This document shows positions 52,580 through 60,824 of a stretch of 64,000 nt of DNA, one piece after another. Position 1 is the stretch's first letter, and the number at the start of each line of letters is the position of its first letter. The translations under genes and the position numbers were made by a program. The notes below the pieces were generated by a model. It was given only the letters and a program-made list of their open reading frames with translations. It was not told the DNA's origin and searched no databases. Source of the DNA: Nitrospirota bacterium (lineage in GTDB: Bacteria; Nitrospirota; Thermodesulfovibrionia; Thermodesulfovibrionales; Dissulfurispiraceae); contig CAVPZX010000005.1 of assembly GCA_963710375.1 (NCBI GenBank), forward strand, positions 1-64,000. The letters run 5' to 3'.

Positions 52580-53242
52580 ATGGGCGCCAGGAAACGAGCT
52601 CCGGAAGCCTTTTCATTCCAGCCTTTTGAAAACCTGAAGGACATCATAGAGCACAAAAGAATTGCTTTCGCCGTAAAACCTGCCGCAGAAGAAAAGTTCG
52701 AACATTGCAGCGATGACGAGGTCTTTGCCGCTGCTATGAAAGAAGTGCGTGAAATTAAGGAGTTCAGGCAGATAGCCGTTCGCGCGAAAAATGATTCTCG
52801 CTGCTCAGGGCACAATACACCGAGGCGTGATGCACTGCAGATTCTTAAGGATGTTACCAATGGCACTATTGCTATCAATCTGCCTGATACTCAGGAATAT
52901 GTCGAATGGTCCAACCCGGCTTATTGGCCTGTCCGCAACGGCAATATTGCTGGAAAGCTCCATAGGGGATTTTTTTCTGTCCAGGACTGCCTGGACCTCC
53001 ACGGTTTTTTCGTTGATGAGGCTGAGGCAGCGACAGAACGGTTTTTGAGAGAGGCCTTGGTAAAAGGTCTCCGCTGCATCAAGATAATTCATGGCAGGGG
53101 GCTTCGCTCGCCGGACGGCCCAGTACTTAAGAGTGCTTTAATAGGATGGCTTACATATCGCTACAGAAAAAATGTCATTGCCTTTGCCTCTGCCCGACAG
53201 TGCGATGGGGGGCTCGGCGCGCTTTACGTCCTCTTGAAATAA
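52580..53242 (+). CDS. Smr/MutS2 C-terminal domain protein
   Basis: LDLHG, IIHGRG..S..PVLK, DGGLGALYVLL. Confidence 0.88.
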   Translation: MGARKRAPEAFSFQPFENLKDIIEHKRIAFAVKPAAEEKFEHCSDDEVFAAAMKEVREIKEFRQIAVRAKNDSRCSGHNTPRRDALQILKDVTNGTIAINLPDTQEYVEWSNPAYWPVRNGNIAGKLHRGFFSVQDCLDLHGFFVDEAEAATERFLREALVKGLRCIKIIHGRGLRSPDGPVLKSALIGWLTYRYRKNVIAFASARQCDGGLGALYVLLK

Positions 53243-53299
53243 CAACAAATCGATTCTACTTGAAAACTATATGTTCCAGTTGGTATATTTAATGTTGTC

Positions 53300-53381
53300 G
53301 CCGAAGTGGTGGAACTGGTAGACACGCACGTTTGAGGGGCGTGTGGGGCAACCTATGCGGGTTCGAGTCCCGCCTTCGGCA
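53300..53381 (+). tRNA. tRNA-Leu(GAG), CCA not encoded
   Basis: Acceptor GCCGAAG/CTTCGGC-A, D-loop TGGTAGAC, anticodon arm CACGT-TTGAGGG-GCGTG, long variable arm, GGTTCGAGTCC T-loop. Confidence 0.97.
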
Positions 53382-53523
53382 CTCCTTCTTCCCTTGAAAT
53401 TTAAGTCTTTTTTGCCTTGACAACCTCCTAAAACCTTGTCAGTAAAGTTTCAGTAGCACCCCTTTACTGACGAATTTACTGGTGTATATCAGGGCGGCTT
53501 AAATCGTAGTATACTTGCATCAT

Positions 53524-53967
53524 ATGAAACGAACTAATCAACAAACGTCTTCCGCCGCTGTACTGGCTACCGGGGCCGAGCTTTCCCGAAGGGCTTACGA
53601 TGTCACTTTCACGCTCGGCAACACTCCTAAAGTGGACATGATGTGTTCGGTTCCGGAGGGTCAAGCCTTCAAAATTCAGGTGAAGGGAATTTCTAATCCG
53701 AGAGATTTTTGGGTCAATAAATCTTTTTTCGATGGACCTACTCAACCAAACCTTTATTTGGTGGTTGTCCTTGTTTCAAAAGAAGCCCAGGACGACTTAT
53801 CATTTCATTTTTTTATACTTTCCCATGAAGAAGCACAGAAGGAATTCAACAAACTGCCTATAACTAAAAAGGATGGTAGTCCCATTACACAGTTCGGACT
53901 CGGTTGGACTTCGGTTAAACGATATAAGAACAAATGGGATACATTCCCTCATAGTTCCGCAGCGTAA
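53524..53967 (+). CDS. PD-(D/E)XK-fold nuclease-like hypothetical protein
   Basis: AELSRR.Y....T.GN.P.VD......IQVK pattern. Confidence 0.55.
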   Translation: MKRTNQQTSSAAVLATGAELSRRAYDVTFTLGNTPKVDMMCSVPEGQAFKIQVKGISNPRDFWVNKSFFDGPTQPNLYLVVVLVSKEAQDDLSFHFFILSHEEAQKEFNKLPITKKDGSPITQFGLGWTSVKRYKNKWDTFPHSSAA

Positions 53968-54000
53968 GATTGAACAAACCGTCTACACGGGAGGGACGAA

Positions 54001-54264
54001 ATGACAAGACCGACACTCGAAAAGAAATATGAAAGTTTGACGAAACAAATTTGGAGAGATGACTTGGGACAGTCAGGCGAGTTGACTGTAAGCCGGGAAG
54101 AAACTATGTCCGGGGGAAAGTCATTTATGATAACAGCAGCGACCGGGACCAACTCCACTCAAATTCACAGGAGTTTCTTTGAGGATTATTTCAATGCAGT
54201 CGGCAGCGAACCTAAAAGGATAGTACGAGAAAAGATCAAAACAAGGCTGGAACAATTATTATGA
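54001..54264 (+). CDS. Hypothetical protein
   Basis: 87-aa ORF with GGAGG SD. Confidence 0.65.
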   Translation: MTRPTLEKKYESLTKQIWRDDLGQSGELTVSREETMSGGKSFMITAATGTNSTQIHRSFFEDYFNAVGSEPKRIVREKIKTRLEQLL

Positions 54265-54283
54265 GCAGAGAAGATATAGGGAC

Positions 54284-55231
54284 ATGATCATAAAATGGAG
54301 ATGCATAATTGGTAGTTTGACAATCCTCTTCTTGACTTCATCTGTGTCTTTAGCTCAATTACAGCCATCATCACCACACACACTCGAAACCAGCCACGAA
54401 GAACAAAAAAAGCCTGAAGCAAAACAGGCTGACGGTAACAACAAACAGCGTGTCGCCGACAGTCTTCCTACCCCGACACATCCCCAATCGTCGGATGTCA
54501 AAGCTAGTGACCATGCAAAAACCATTGATGAAAAAGCCACGACAGAATGGTTGAAACTTGTTTTTGATTTCCTGCTTGTACTTTTCAATTGTTTATTGTG
54601 GAGATCAACTTACAAACTTTGGAAAGTCGCTCAAGAACAACGTGAAGATGTGAAGGCGTCGATTGCTGAAGCTGTTCGTTCCACCGCTGCCATGGAAAGC
54701 ATCGCTAAGTCCATGGCCGAGAATGGGACAAGAATGGAACAAGTCTTCGAGAGACAAAAAAATATCGCTGAAATACAATTGAGAGCTTACCTTACCGTCA
54801 ACCCAGGCACGTATTGGATACAAAACAGAGAATTGGGGCTGAAGTATGGGATCCAAATGTTAATAGCGAACACAGGTCATACTCCTGCAAGCGAAGTTTA
54901 TTTTGCTATGCGCACAGTAGTCAATGACTTTCCTTTGCCGGATAGCTTTGATCTTTCCTTGCCTTCCCCTCGAACTCAAACAGGAACCGGAGCACAGATA
55001 GCCACTGGTCAGCAACGTTTTATGAGTGCCTTCCTTGATGACATCGTCTCTGATGAGGAACTCAAGGAATTTACCCAAGCTACCAATCGAAAACTGTACA
55101 TATTCGGGACCGTTTGGTATAAAGATATCTTTGAAGAATCTCACTATACCAACTTTTGTCAGTGGGCCATGTGGGATACCGCCGGGAAATTTAGCACTAT
55201 AAATGTTGATCGTCATAATGATGCAACATAG
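54284..55231 (+). CDS. Hypothetical membrane-anchored protein
   Basis: Signal peptide, TM (WLKLVFDFLLVLFNCLLW), coiled coil, LRAYL..NTGHTPA..G.V.Y.DIF beta domain. Confidence 0.75.
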   Translation: MIIKWRCIIGSLTILFLTSSVSLAQLQPSSPHTLETSHEEQKKPEAKQADGNNKQRVADSLPTPTHPQSSDVKASDHAKTIDEKATTEWLKLVFDFLLVLFNCLLWRSTYKLWKVAQEQREDVKASIAEAVRSTAAMESIAKSMAENGTRMEQVFERQKNIAEIQLRAYLTVNPGTYWIQNRELGLKYGIQMLIANTGHTPASEVYFAMRTVVNDFPLPDSFDLSLPSPRTQTGTGAQIATGQQRFMSAFLDDIVSDEELKEFTQATNRKLYIFGTVWYKDIFEESHYTNFCQWAMWDTAGKFSTINVDRHNDAT

Positions 55232-55454
55232 AAATGTAAAGCCATGTCGCCGTTACGATTGCCTGGTCTTGCGGTGCGGTCTATGACCCGGATCGTAGCT
55301 GTTGCGTAGAGGAGCGGGCATTGTCCGCGCCGTGGCTTCTGCGTTAGTGGGATACTCCGCCGTAGGTTGAGACACGGCCTTGTGTGGCTCATGAGAGTAG
55401 CCCCGGTCCCGTAACGGAGAGAAGGGAAACGCCGTGATCTGGTTGGTGTCGCCG

Positions 55455-56666
55455 TTAAATAGGCCGCTGTGTTCCTTCTTCCCTTCCGTTATATTCGATC
55501 CATATTTTCCATCGCCGTAGTCCCGTCTTGTCCCAACCGCCCATCATCTTCACGTGCCGCCCTAACTCGGCGAACAGGTGCCTTGCGACTCGTGCGTTGA
55601 ATGCATTGCCCAACTGTTTTAACCGTTCCGACTCCGCCATCTTTACGACCTCGCCGTCCTCGTAGCATCCCCACTTCGTCCACTGATGCGGTAGCGACTG
55701 CAACCGCTCCGCCTCCGTTGGCGTGAGTTGCCGGCGTCCGTCCGGAGTGTCGTACAGCCCCGTCTTTCCTCCTTTGCCGCCTCCACTCGTCGTGACCGTG
55801 ATACTTTTTCCATTCGGCGAATATATCCGCTGTCCCTGGCCGCCCCCGCCGTATTCTCCGATCTTCTTCCTGTCTCCCTCCCTGTCTTTCCACTCGACGG
55901 GTTCGGGCACGTCGAGGATGTCGCCGACGACGGCGCCCGGCCCGGTTCCGAGATACGCCGCAAGGCCGTCCCACCATTGGGTATCCGGTTGCCGGACCGG
56001 CCACGAACACCAGAAGTACCGCTCTCGCTGTTGGGCCGAGAACGCCGCCGCATTGATCAACACCGGCTCGACTCCGACGATCTCCGTCACTGCGTCACGC
56101 AACTTGCCGCCCATGCTCTCGACGTTCTCGAAGCAGAAATGGCGGGGCTTCTTCGTCTCGTACAGTTTCATCAAATTGTAGAACAGGCCCGACTTCTGCC
56201 CTTTCAGGCCCTTGCGTTTCCCGGCGCCGCTCATGTCCTGGCACGGAAATCCGCCGATCAAGAGGTCAAAGTCCGGCAGGCTTTTGTAGTCTATCTTTGT
56301 TATGTCGCCTTCGGCTTTGTGCCGTGGGAAGTGGTATCGATACACCGCCTGGGCATGCTCGTCTATCTCGCTGTATCCGACGCAACGCCACGGTAGCCCG
56401 TCCGGCCACTGCGTCGAATACCATAGGCCGAGCTCCGCCGCCCCGATCCCGCTGAACGCCGAGAAGTACGGATGGCCCGAGAGGTCTGGCTTGAAGAACT
56501 GCTTCGGGCCTTTCGGCGGCCTCCCGCCGTTAGCGCCGTTGACTGCCGACGTCCCTTGTTGCGCCGGGGTGTTCGACCTGCCATCACCCAAGCCGTGCCC
56601 TCGCTTGCCGATCTTGGAAAGGTATGCCGCGATTTCCGGTGGCACCGGGATTTTCTTCTTCGCCAT
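55455..56666 (-). CDS. DNA (cytosine-5) methyltransferase with ~60-aa basic N-terminal extension
   Basis: Motifs FSGIG (I), SEID, GDI, GGFPCQD (IV), ENV (VI), QRERYF (VIII), RQLTPTEAERLQ (IX), LGNA (X). Confidence 0.92.
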   Translation of the reverse strand: MAKKKIPVPPEIAAYLSKIGKRGHGLGDGRSNTPAQQGTSAVNGANGGRPPKGPKQFFKPDLSGHPYFSAFSGIGAAELGLWYSTQWPDGLPWRCVGYSEIDEHAQAVYRYHFPRHKAEGDITKIDYKSLPDFDLLIGGFPCQDMSGAGKRKGLKGQKSGLFYNLMKLYETKKPRHFCFENVESMGGKLRDAVTEIVGVEPVLINAAAFSAQQRERYFWCSWPVRQPDTQWWDGLAAYLGTGPGAVVGDILDVPEPVEWKDREGDRKKIGEYGGGGQGQRIYSPNGKSITVTTSGGGKGGKTGLYDTPDGRRQLTPTEAERLQSLPHQWTKWGCYEDGEVVKMAESERLKQLGNAFNARVARHLFAELGRHVKMMGGWDKTGLRRWKIWIEYNGREEGTQRPI

Positions 56667-56814
56667 GATGGGGCTCAGTATAACACAAGGTGCAACCGGA
56701 ATTCGACCGGCTCAGGTATTCCGGTTGTACTCCAGACAGTTTTCCGGTTTTCCGGCAACCGGAAAGTATTATAGACAATTGTAAACAATTATGCTACTAT
56801 TGTTATATAATTGT
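56636..56814. promoter_or_regulatory. Divergent promoter region with CCGG array and ACAAT/ATTGT repeats
   Basis: 8 CCGG in 56636-56762, including 4 exact AACCGGAA/TTCCGGTT octamers; ACAATTGT and related half-sites at 56775-56814. Confidence 0.6.
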
Positions 56815-56830
56815 AATGGAGGTGGAAATT

Positions 56831-57163
56831 ATGCCGAAAATACTGAGACTTGGCGGCCCGACGAAGCCGATAGCCGTGCGTGTGCCGATCACCCTTCTTG
56901 ACCGCTTGGACAAGTTGAAGGCCCGGGCCAGCCGCCTGGGCCTCGTCGTTGATGTACCGGCGGCCGTCATAGAATGCCTCGACCGGTTGGCGGCGGAAGC
57001 CGAGGCCGAACTTGATGCACGGGAAGGCAAAACGCCTGCCCCGGCCAAACCCGCGCCGGTTCCGGCGAAGCCTGCGGCGATCGATAGGAAAACAACGGAG
57101 AACTCAGTGCCGGTCAAAAACTCCGGCAGTGTTGCTGACAACGCCCTCGAAGGTTGGCAGTAA
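56831..57163 (+). CDS. Putative ribbon-helix-helix (CopG-like) DNA-binding protein
   Basis: TKPIAVRVPITLLDRLDKL beta-alpha pattern, GGAGG SD, Pro/Ala/Lys-rich tail. Confidence 0.6.
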   Translation: MPKILRLGGPTKPIAVRVPITLLDRLDKLKARASRLGLVVDVPAAVIECLDRLAAEAEAELDAREGKTPAPAKPAPVPAKPAAIDRKTTENSVPVKNSGSVADNALEGWQ

Positions 57164-57166
57164 TAG

Positions 57167-57189
57167 CGGCGGGTCCCAAAGACCCGCCG
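57167..57189. terminator. Hairpin between convergent genes
   Basis: CGGCGGGTC-ccaaa-GACCCGCCG. Confidence 0.55.
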
Positions 57190-57196
57190 GCGTGCT

Positions 57197-57400
57197 TCAT
57201 TGTTCGGCTTCGTAGTGCATGGCCGCGGCCCTCAATACTCGCTCGCCGTCGATGTCCTCGGCTTTGCAGAGGTGCAAGATGTCGGCGACTAGGTCAGTGA
57301 CAGCGTCCTCGCATATCTCCCCGTCCCGGTAGTCGGGATGGCTTTGCATGTACGCCCGCACTGCTCCTATTGCCCTTGCACGTCTCGTTTCGATGTCCAT
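57197..57400 (-). CDS. Small phage/plasmid-type hypothetical protein
   Basis: AAGGAGG SD; DLVADILHL..A.MHYEAE helical motif. Confidence 0.7.
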   Translation of the reverse strand: MDIETRRARAIGAVRAYMQSHPDYRDGEICEDAVTDLVADILHLCKAEDIDGERVLRAAAMHYEAEQ

Positions 57401-57457
57401 GTGGTGTGTCCTCCTTCGGGGACCGGCCTGGTAGCCGATCCCCTGGTGTTGTGGTTG

Positions 57458-57964
57458 TTAAGCTGTTTGCTTCGTCCGGGTGTATTCCCACACTGCGTCG
57501 TCATAGCCCGGCAGTGAGCTAATGGCGGCCTCCTTGATTGCCTGTGTCAGTTTATAGGCGTCAGTAGTGTAATAGTCGTCGGTCTCGCATGACTGATATT
57601 CCAGGCACTTGCACATTTTCAAAATGTCGATCATGTTTCTAACTTTCCGGTCTATGATGTCCCGCATCCTGACAACGATATAAGAGGGTTTTTCGATGAG
57701 CCCCGGCAGTTCGTCTATGTCGCCCTTGCAGTCGGGGTATCTTTCCCCTACGCTCCTGAGATTTTCAGAGTAGAGGACGCCCGCGTAAATAGTGGCTATC
57801 TCGTCGTCTGTCATGGAGTCGTTGAACTGCGCGGCCAGTGTTTCAGAAATATGGTATTTCAGATACCTGGGATCAACCCGCATGCTGCCGTGCTTCTTTG
57901 ATACTGCGAAAGCCGCAAGTTCCCTGATGTGTTCCGGTGAAACTACAAATGCACTCATGGTCAT
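57458..57964 (-). CDS. Phage/plasmid-type hypothetical protein
   Basis: MSAFVVS.EHI, ENLRSV..RY, C..LEYQSCE, LPGYDDA.W; GGAGG SD. Confidence 0.75.
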   Translation of the reverse strand: MTMSAFVVSPEHIRELAAFAVSKKHGSMRVDPRYLKYHISETLAAQFNDSMTDDEIATIYAGVLYSENLRSVGERYPDCKGDIDELPGLIEKPSYIVVRMRDIIDRKVRNMIDILKMCKCLEYQSCETDDYYTTDAYKLTQAIKEAAISSLPGYDDAVWEYTRTKQTA

Positions 57965-57972
57965 ATCCTCCG

Positions 57973-58116
57973 TTAATTGGTTAGTGTTTTTATTGCGTCT
58001 CTGAGGGCGGTTATCTCGTCCTCGTTGCCTGCGTATGGGCCGGATAGTTGTTGTAGCCTCTTGATGGCTTGGCCCATGGCTGTTATTGCTATGATTTTTT
58101 TGTCTCGTAAGCTCAT
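57973..58116 (-). CDS. Small hypothetical protein (47 aa)
   Basis: AAGGAG SD before MSLRDKK; first gene of a three-gene minus-strand run. Confidence 0.6.
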   Translation of the reverse strand: MSLRDKKIIAITAMGQAIKRLQQLSGPYAGNEDEITALRDAIKTLTN

Positions 58117-58342
58117 GTTGTTTTTCTCCTTCTGTGACAGGGCTTTCTTTTGGGTGCCCGTCATGTCTCTTGTGTCTGTTGTTGGTTCTATAAACTTCCC
58201 CGGACCGGCGGGGCCTTCACTTCTGACAGGCCCCGTTGTCCTGGGGAATTGCCTCTGTCTTCTGCGGCAGGGAAATACAGGCATGAGCAATGCGAGGGCA
58301 GGGATATGATCAATCAATCGACGAACGGCGCGAGGCAACGGA

Positions 58343-58461
58343 CATGACAGGGCTTTATCTGGCGTGGCTGTTGAACGAAGCTACAAGAGAGTTTCCATAG
58401 GCAGGATTTTCCGGGCGTGTCGTTAATCCTGAACGAGGGGTTAAGGGGCCTGTGGCCCTTT
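58343..58461 (+). repeat. Diverged non-coding direct repeat, copy A
   Basis: Colinear blocks CATGACAGG..TCTGGCG..CCATAGG..ATTTTCCGGGCGTG[TC]CGTT..GGCC shared with 58983-59105. Confidence 0.7.
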
Positions 58462-58534
58462 AAGGCTTCCTTGGGAAGGATGGAAAGGGAAAAATGGTTT
58501 GACTTTTTTCAAAAAGAGAAGATAGTATATTTTA

Positions 58535-58626
58535 TACTTGTGGGCGAAGCCTGCCCAAAAATAAGTGGGAACCGAACAACGGACCCAGGATGTCTCATAA
58601 AGAGATCTCCTGGGTTTTTATTTTTT
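58535..58626 (+). ncRNA. Putative ~90-nt structured sRNA or attenuator leader
   Basis: TTGACT(58499)-18 nt-TAGTAT promoter; hairpin ACTTGTGGGC..GCCCA..ATAAGT; terminator CCCAGG..CCTGGG followed by a T-tract. Confidence 0.5.
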
Positions 58627-58722
58627 AATAAGGTTTGAAGTAACCGCGTGGCGGTCCGACTATAGTTGTTTATCAAAGGCAGGATTCCTGCTATCTCAAA
58701 CATGTTACAAAAGGAGTCGATC

Positions 58723-58899
58723 ATGGCAAACGAAATCACTATCAAAGGACAGAAGGCAAAAAAGGGCGAAAGAATGACAATGGGAAAAGGCTGGCGGCTC
58801 GCAATTGTAAAGGGAGATCACCGGGTTTTTACTGCCGCATTGCTTCACACTATAAATATCGCCGGTAAGCGGCTCGCGATATTCAGCGTACCGAAATAA
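58723..58899 (+). CDS. Small basic hypothetical protein (58 aa)
   Basis: AAGGAG SD; MANEITIKGQKAKKG... Confidence 0.65.
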   Translation: MANEITIKGQKAKKGERMTMGKGWRLAIVKGDHRVFTAALLHTINIAGKRLAIFSVPK

Positions 58900-58982
58900 T
58901 TTTTTTGAATACGGGTCTTTGCAGGGCATTTAAAAGCGATGGGACTACTGTGATCCCATCGCGTCTTCTCTGTGGCGAGAGG

Positions 58983-59105
58983 CATGACAGGTTCCTGAAA
59001 GGGTTCTGGCGGGCATGTCGTGAAGGAGTAACCATAGGTGGTATTTTCCGGGCGTGCCGTTGACTTCGGCTTTAAAGTGGCGGAGTCCAGAGGCCCACGG
59101 CCTTT
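58983..59105 (+). repeat. Diverged non-coding direct repeat, copy B
   Basis: Shares colinear blocks with copy A (58343-58461); 18/19 identity in the ATTTTCCGGGCGTGYCGTT block. Confidence 0.7.
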
Positions 59106-59365
59106 GCGAGTCTGTGGTCTTCGGGTGTGCGACTGTCGAGGTGCGAGGCCGAGACTGTCGAGGATGCCCTTGCGTGGATCTGTCTGCTGGGCTTCAACAG
59201 CAGTCTGATCCACGTCACCGTGGCCGTTGATGCGATATGGGGACACCCGCCGAATAGCCGAAACTCCGAAAGAGGTTCGGCAGTGGTGGCTCCGGCCCGA
59301 CCAGCGGATGCGATCGCACAATTGCGTGCTCGACTAAAGCTGGATTGTTTGAGTAAAATTAGGCC

Positions 59366-60517
59366 ATGTGGCAAAATTCTTTTTGGGCTCTTTTCTGTTG
59401 CAGCGTTGCATGTGCGCTGTCGCGACTTGCGATGATTTGGACGACTGGACACGAAGAATGGGGACCTCGGCTGGTGGCCGCCTCTCTTGTATTTTTCTTT
59501 CTCAGTATTGTTTGCCTTCTGTGTCCCTGGTTGAAAAAGAAGCTCGCAAGAGGCACGAACACTCCCGACATGCCGATATCTGACGCGATAAATTATCTGG
59601 TGAACGATTCCACCGCTAAGCTCAAGCAGCCGAAGTCCGCGGAGATCGAGCAGTTCGGAAGGGTCAAGGGTCTTCTGGTCAACTTTCCGGGGATCGCCCA
59701 TGCCGACGCCCTGCGGCATATTCAGACCGCCCTCAACTGCGGAAGCCTGAAGGCGTGGGGTCGCAGGGAAATAGCGCCGAACAGCCTCGCATTCGAGCCG
59801 TCGTCGAGGCCGATTTTGCCGGAGTATTGGGGGTCGGCCTGGGTGAACGACTTCTTTTGCTTCCATGAGGGCGAACAGGCGCAGACAGCCCCGTTTCGGG
59901 GCAAGATGGCGGATAGATACGCCGCCCTCACGCTGAACAAAAACGAGGTGAAGGCGCTGTGGACGCCCGTGTCCTTTCCGAGAAGATTCCTCATGGACAT
60001 GCGGATCATCCGGCGCAAGGACCGTTGCGGGCGGGCAATCGACAGAAAATACAAACTTACTAAGTCGGAAATCGAGAGATTCAACAGCCTGCCCCTCGCC
60101 GAATGCGAGTCGCCTCGTGCGAATTTCAATGCGGACTTCAACGAGGCGGCCAGGAGATTCAGGGAGGCTTTTCATCCCGTGCTTGCCAGGCTGGAAGCCC
60201 GCTCTTGCGACGACGGCTCGCCCGATGCCTACGAGTTGCTGGAAGACGCGTTTCAGCGGCTCGGCGAAGCGGTGATCGAATTCCGCAACTATGTGCCGAG
60301 CGATCAGCGCGCGGCTTTCGAGAAGGCATGGGAAGAACTGCGCAAGGACGAGTATAGTATCGCCTCCGGGCTTGAGGAGCGGAATTTCAAGCAGTACGCT
60401 GACGAGGCGACCGGCGTCCACGACGAACACCCGCGCGAGCCGCACAAGGCGGCGATAGATAGGATCGAGAAACTGTTGGATTTTGCCGCGCTGAGAGTCA
60501 GCGGCGCCGGCCTGTGA
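59366..60517 (+). CDS. Hypothetical protein with two N-terminal TM segments
   Basis: 383-aa ORF followed co-directionally by 60528; no recognised motif. Confidence 0.6.
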   Translation: MWQNSFWALFCCSVACALSRLAMIWTTGHEEWGPRLVAASLVFFFLSIVCLLCPWLKKKLARGTNTPDMPISDAINYLVNDSTAKLKQPKSAEIEQFGRVKGLLVNFPGIAHADALRHIQTALNCGSLKAWGRREIAPNSLAFEPSSRPILPEYWGSAWVNDFFCFHEGEQAQTAPFRGKMADRYAALTLNKNEVKALWTPVSFPRRFLMDMRIIRRKDRCGRAIDRKYKLTKSEIERFNSLPLAECESPRANFNADFNEAARRFREAFHPVLARLEARSCDDGSPDAYELLEDAFQRLGEAVIEFRNYVPSDQRAAFEKAWEELRKDEYSIASGLEERNFKQYADEATGVHDEHPREPHKAAIDRIEKLLDFAALRVSGAGL

Positions 60518-60527
60518 TCAAGGAAAC

Positions 60528-60779
60528 ATGAACCGCGAAGAAGAATTCAACGAGCAATTGGCCCGCGAGGTGGCCCAGAACAAGGACGCCATCGCCGACA
60601 TTCTCCGTAAAAGCGAAGTCGGTCAATGTGGCGGCAGGTGCAAGGGCTACCAGGAAAAATCAATCGAGGACCTGTGCGAACAATGTTTCAACGCCCTTGA
60701 GGATAACGCTGACGAAATCTTTTCTGCGTCGCCCATGTTGAAGCTGTTCGGCGACGCTATGAACAGCAGTCGGGATTAG
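60528..60779 (+). CDS. Small acidic Cys-containing hypothetical protein
   Basis: AAGGA SD; CGGRC...CEQC possible metal site. Confidence 0.6.
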   Translation: MNREEEFNEQLAREVAQNKDAIADILRKSEVGQCGGRCKGYQEKSIEDLCEQCFNALEDNADEIFSASPMLKLFGDAMNSSRD

Positions 60780-60824
60780 AAAAACTGTATCAGTCTAATT
60801 GTCTTAGGATTGGCGTCGGCCCTA

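Noticed and set aside
55235..55455. Recurrent CGCCGT words downstream of the C5 MTase
   Set aside because: Only 6 bp, irregular spacing and GC-rich context; not a CRISPR or iteron array.
59072..60445. 457-aa minus-strand ORF
   Set aside because: Antisense to the 383-aa ORF in high-GC DNA; the plus-strand gene fits the co-directional 60528 ORF better. Not fully excluded.
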